Assembly: GCF_009914755.1 (NCBI RefSeq)
Contig: NC_060929.1
Source: the human T2T-CHM13v2.0 reference genome, Homo sapiens
Strand: one strand, 5' to 3'
DNA: 64,000 bases
The translations under genes and the position numbers were made by a program. Below the pieces are notes generated by a model. The model was not told where the DNA came from. It saw only the letters and a program-made list of their open reading frames with translations, and did no database searches. Below are positions 61,081 to 64,000 of this stretch, piece after piece (positions within the stretch are counted from its first letter, which is position 1; each line of letters begins with the position of its first letter).

Positions 61081-61630
61081 TGTTCAAAGAAGAGTTAACA
61101 TAGCAGGCCTGGAATTGTTATCCTTAGAAAAGGCCTGCTTGTAAGGTCAGCCTGTGGCTGGTGTCTGGGAACTTAGCTGGGAAACAGTTCTCTGCACTGT
61201 TGTAAATCTTTCCCTAACTGATAAGAGTGGCTCGCTATGCCTGGACTGTTTGTACAAACAATCTGGTTTATGCTGAACATCTGCTTTCCTTCTGGAAGTG
61301 TGAAATTCTGGTGCATGCTAGGCAAAGGGTACCTATGTGACCAGCCTCCAATTAAAACTTTGGGTGCTGAGTCTCTAATGAACTTCCCTGGAAAGAAACA
61401 TCACTCACATGTGGCTGCCTCTTTGTAGCTGGGGTAAGAATGCACTCTGATGACCCCTCGTGGGAGTCAGTCAGTCTCCACCCAGATTCCTCCAGACTCT
61501 GCTAGTGTCTTTTTCCCTTACGATCCAGCTGTATATCCTGAATATGTCGCTGTACTAAACCTTAGGTGTGAGTACAACTGTATGCTGAGCCAATGGAGTC
61601 CTAGTCGATCTCTGAACATAGGGGTGGCCA
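61081..61630 (+). mobile_element. MER68-like ERVL LTR in SPARC intron 5, antisense to SPARC
   Basis: aagagttaacatagcaggcctg...tatccttagaaaaggcctgcttg...gtgagtacaactgtatgctgag matches the recalled MER68 consensus. Confidence 0.75.
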
Positions 61631-62549
61631 AGCAGAGATGTTGAGGGCTGGACATGCAGTGGCCGTAAGTAGCTGTGTTAGGAGGAGGGGAGCCTGTGTT
61701 GAACATCCTGTCCGTACTTATTTAGTATAGCTTATATGTCACTGCAGAGGGAGAACTGATGGGCACTGGTGACTGGGCACTGGGAGTGGGGAGGGGTGAG
61801 GAGGAGGAAAATGTTAACAATGATATTAAAATGTGGAGCCCAGAGGCTATGTAGTCTCTGGAGAAACTGAAGATGGAGAAGCCAGATGGGAGGCTGTAGG
61901 AATAGTGCTGGCCCTAGATTTGCTGCCATGAGCTAGACTGCCACTAGCATGATGGTAGGCAGGAGCAGGCACTCAAAAAATATTTACTTGGACGGATGGA
62001 TGGATCCTATTGGAGAGAAGGGACATATTTGAGAGATAATTTAAAATTAAGTAGCATTTATTGGATACTTGTTATGTACCAAACATTTCTGACACATCTC
62101 CACAACAGATCTATGAGTTAAGGACTATTTTTATCCTCTCTTTGGATGTGAGAAAACTGAGACCTGAAAAGGTTCGGCAACTTAGCTTAAATCTCACACC
62201 TAATAAGTGATGGAGATGAGGTTTGAAGTCAACCTTCAGTTTGGCCCCAGAACCCGTATTTTTGGACCTGATTCTTTGCTGATGCTGTTATACTCTTAGC
62301 TCTAAGAGTCTGGCACAGGGCTTGGAACCTGATGGTGCTGTTTAAAGTCTTGCTGGTTGCTGAAAAGATCCAGTGCCAGGCAGAGCACTCTGACTCATCC
62401 CCTCTTTCCTGCTGGGACTAGGTCTAGCAAGGGGACTTCTGAGACTGGCACTGCCCCATAGAACCACCAAGCCAACAGTTTCCTGAGCAGACATCCTGTA
62501 TTCCGAAGTGCCCAATCCCTTCCCCCTGCCCCTGTCTCTCAGCCCTCAC

Positions 62550-62671
62550 CTTCTCAAACTCGCCAATGGGGGCTGGGCAGCTGGTGGGGTCCTGGCACAC
62601 GCACATGGGGGTGTTGTTCTCATCCAGCTCGCACACCTTGCCGTGTTTGCAGTGGTGGTTCTGGCAGGGAT
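62550..62671 (-). CDS. SPARC: SPARC internal coding exon (exon 5 in the usual 10-exon numbering), start of follistatin-like domain
   Basis: Encodes [40 protein letters not shown]; acceptor cctacAG|ATCCC and donor AAG|GTgagg; 122 nt. Confidence 0.98.
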
Positions 62672-64000
62672 CTGTAGGGCAGAAAGACAAGGGAGTTAGC
62701 ATCACCTGGACTAGCACATCCACCCCCATCCTACCTGGACAGATCTCAGGGCTGACAGTCCTTGACTGTGGCCCCCACTCTGGGCTTTGGACAGCCCTGA
62801 GTCCTGCCTGCTCTTGCACTGAGCCTCACAGTCAACATTTAGGGCAGCAGCTGGTTCAGCCTGGGGATTAGAGGTTTAGCTTGAGATAGAGGTCAGGCAC
62901 TTCTGGGGGGCTGGAGGCTCAGTCTGGGACCCAGAAACACTAGATACCATATGGCTTTCCTGAAGATTGAAGCAACCATTGTGTTCCTGGGTCTCCATTG
63001 AACAATCACAGTGGGGCATTTCTGGATTCCAGAATAAGCTTTCTAGAATGGCTTAGAAAGTCAGCTGTTGACACTGAGCCAGGGAGCTGAGGCCCAACAA
63101 AACAGACTTAAGTGGCAGTAAAGGAAAAGGGAGAAGAGCCTCAAAGTCCATGCTGGACAATAGAGCCTGGTAAACACCGGATGAGGTGGGCGTGGAGGCG
63201 GGAAGGAACATGACTCAGTAGATGTCCCTCTGTTCAACAGAAACCCTGTGCCCAGCTAGATCAAATACCATTAGCTATCCCCTCAGGATGAGAGCTTAAT
63301 GTGGCCTTTTCCTCGCAATGCTTTATTTTGGGTGTTTTAATAATCCTTTAGCGGATGCCTACTCAGCTTGTCTGAAAACTTCCCGGCAGCCCTGGGACAA
63401 GGGTCTGCCATCTTCATCAGCCCCATATGAGAGATGAGAAACTGAGGCTCCGAGATGCTAAGCAAGCTGGCGTGGAGAAGCCTAGGTTCAAAGCTTGGTT
63501 GGACCGCTTCCAAAGTCCTTGCTCTTAACCCCTTGAGTACAAATGCTTTGCACCTAGGGCTGGAGCCAGAGCCCCTAGGTCATTTCTCTCCCAGGGCACT
63601 AACGCATGGATAGCATGGTACGGATTATGTCAGGTTGCATTTCCTCAGGACCTCGTTTCCTTGGACTGTGTGAAATAGAATGAGCTTATGAGTGTGCAAG
63701 TTCCTGATCTCTTCTCTCAGTTCTACTTCTCTGTGGGGCACGGGCTGATACAGAAGCAATGGGAGATTTCGGTGACCAGATGTGATCAGCGACCTCCGTG
63801 GGACTGGGAAACTCAGCTTTGGACTCAGGGCAAAGAGCTATGAGGGGAGAAGCCCATTTCCAGCTGGAGAACTCTCCTTCCTACCACACACATGGATGGC
63901 CTGGAAACCGATCTTGCCCAGATCCCAGGGGACTGAGTGCCACAGTTTCCCACTTGTTAAGTCAAAGCCGTGTTTCCTTCATAGCCCACTGAGGACCCCA

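Overview
This is primate genomic DNA, almost certainly human (dense Alu, L1, L2, MIR, MaLR/ERV and hAT repeats), not a prokaryotic or accessory region. The right-hand ~11.6 kb holds the 3' half of SPARC (osteonectin/BM-40) on the minus strand. It has six coding exons with clean GT-AG boundaries (122, 121, 134, 149, 149 and 29 coding nt), encoding the follistatin-like and EF-hand extracellular-calcium domains. It also has two tandem miR-29 seed sites and two AATAAA signals about 1 kb apart. The left ~52 kb is repeat-rich intergenic DNA downstream of SPARC (from recalled gene order, the FAT2-SPARC interval on 5q33.1) with no credible coding ORF. I found no evidence of a new multi-gene system. 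The most notable items are: (1) a CAG/AG tandem acceptor at the last SPARC exon that would give a frameshifted 341-aa isoform with a hydrophobic tail, read through one miR-29 site; (2) a mosaic block at ~4.26-4.91 kb made of two different local duplications, with an Alu empty-site paralog and an AP-1 motif present in only one copy; (3) an intact LTR12-family solo LTR with repeated CCAAT boxes, pointing toward the SPARC 3' end; (4) a CpG-rich patch in apparent old L2 sequence; (5) closely spaced inverted Alu pairs. Repeat family names come from recalled consensus sequences and most repeat boundaries are approximate.
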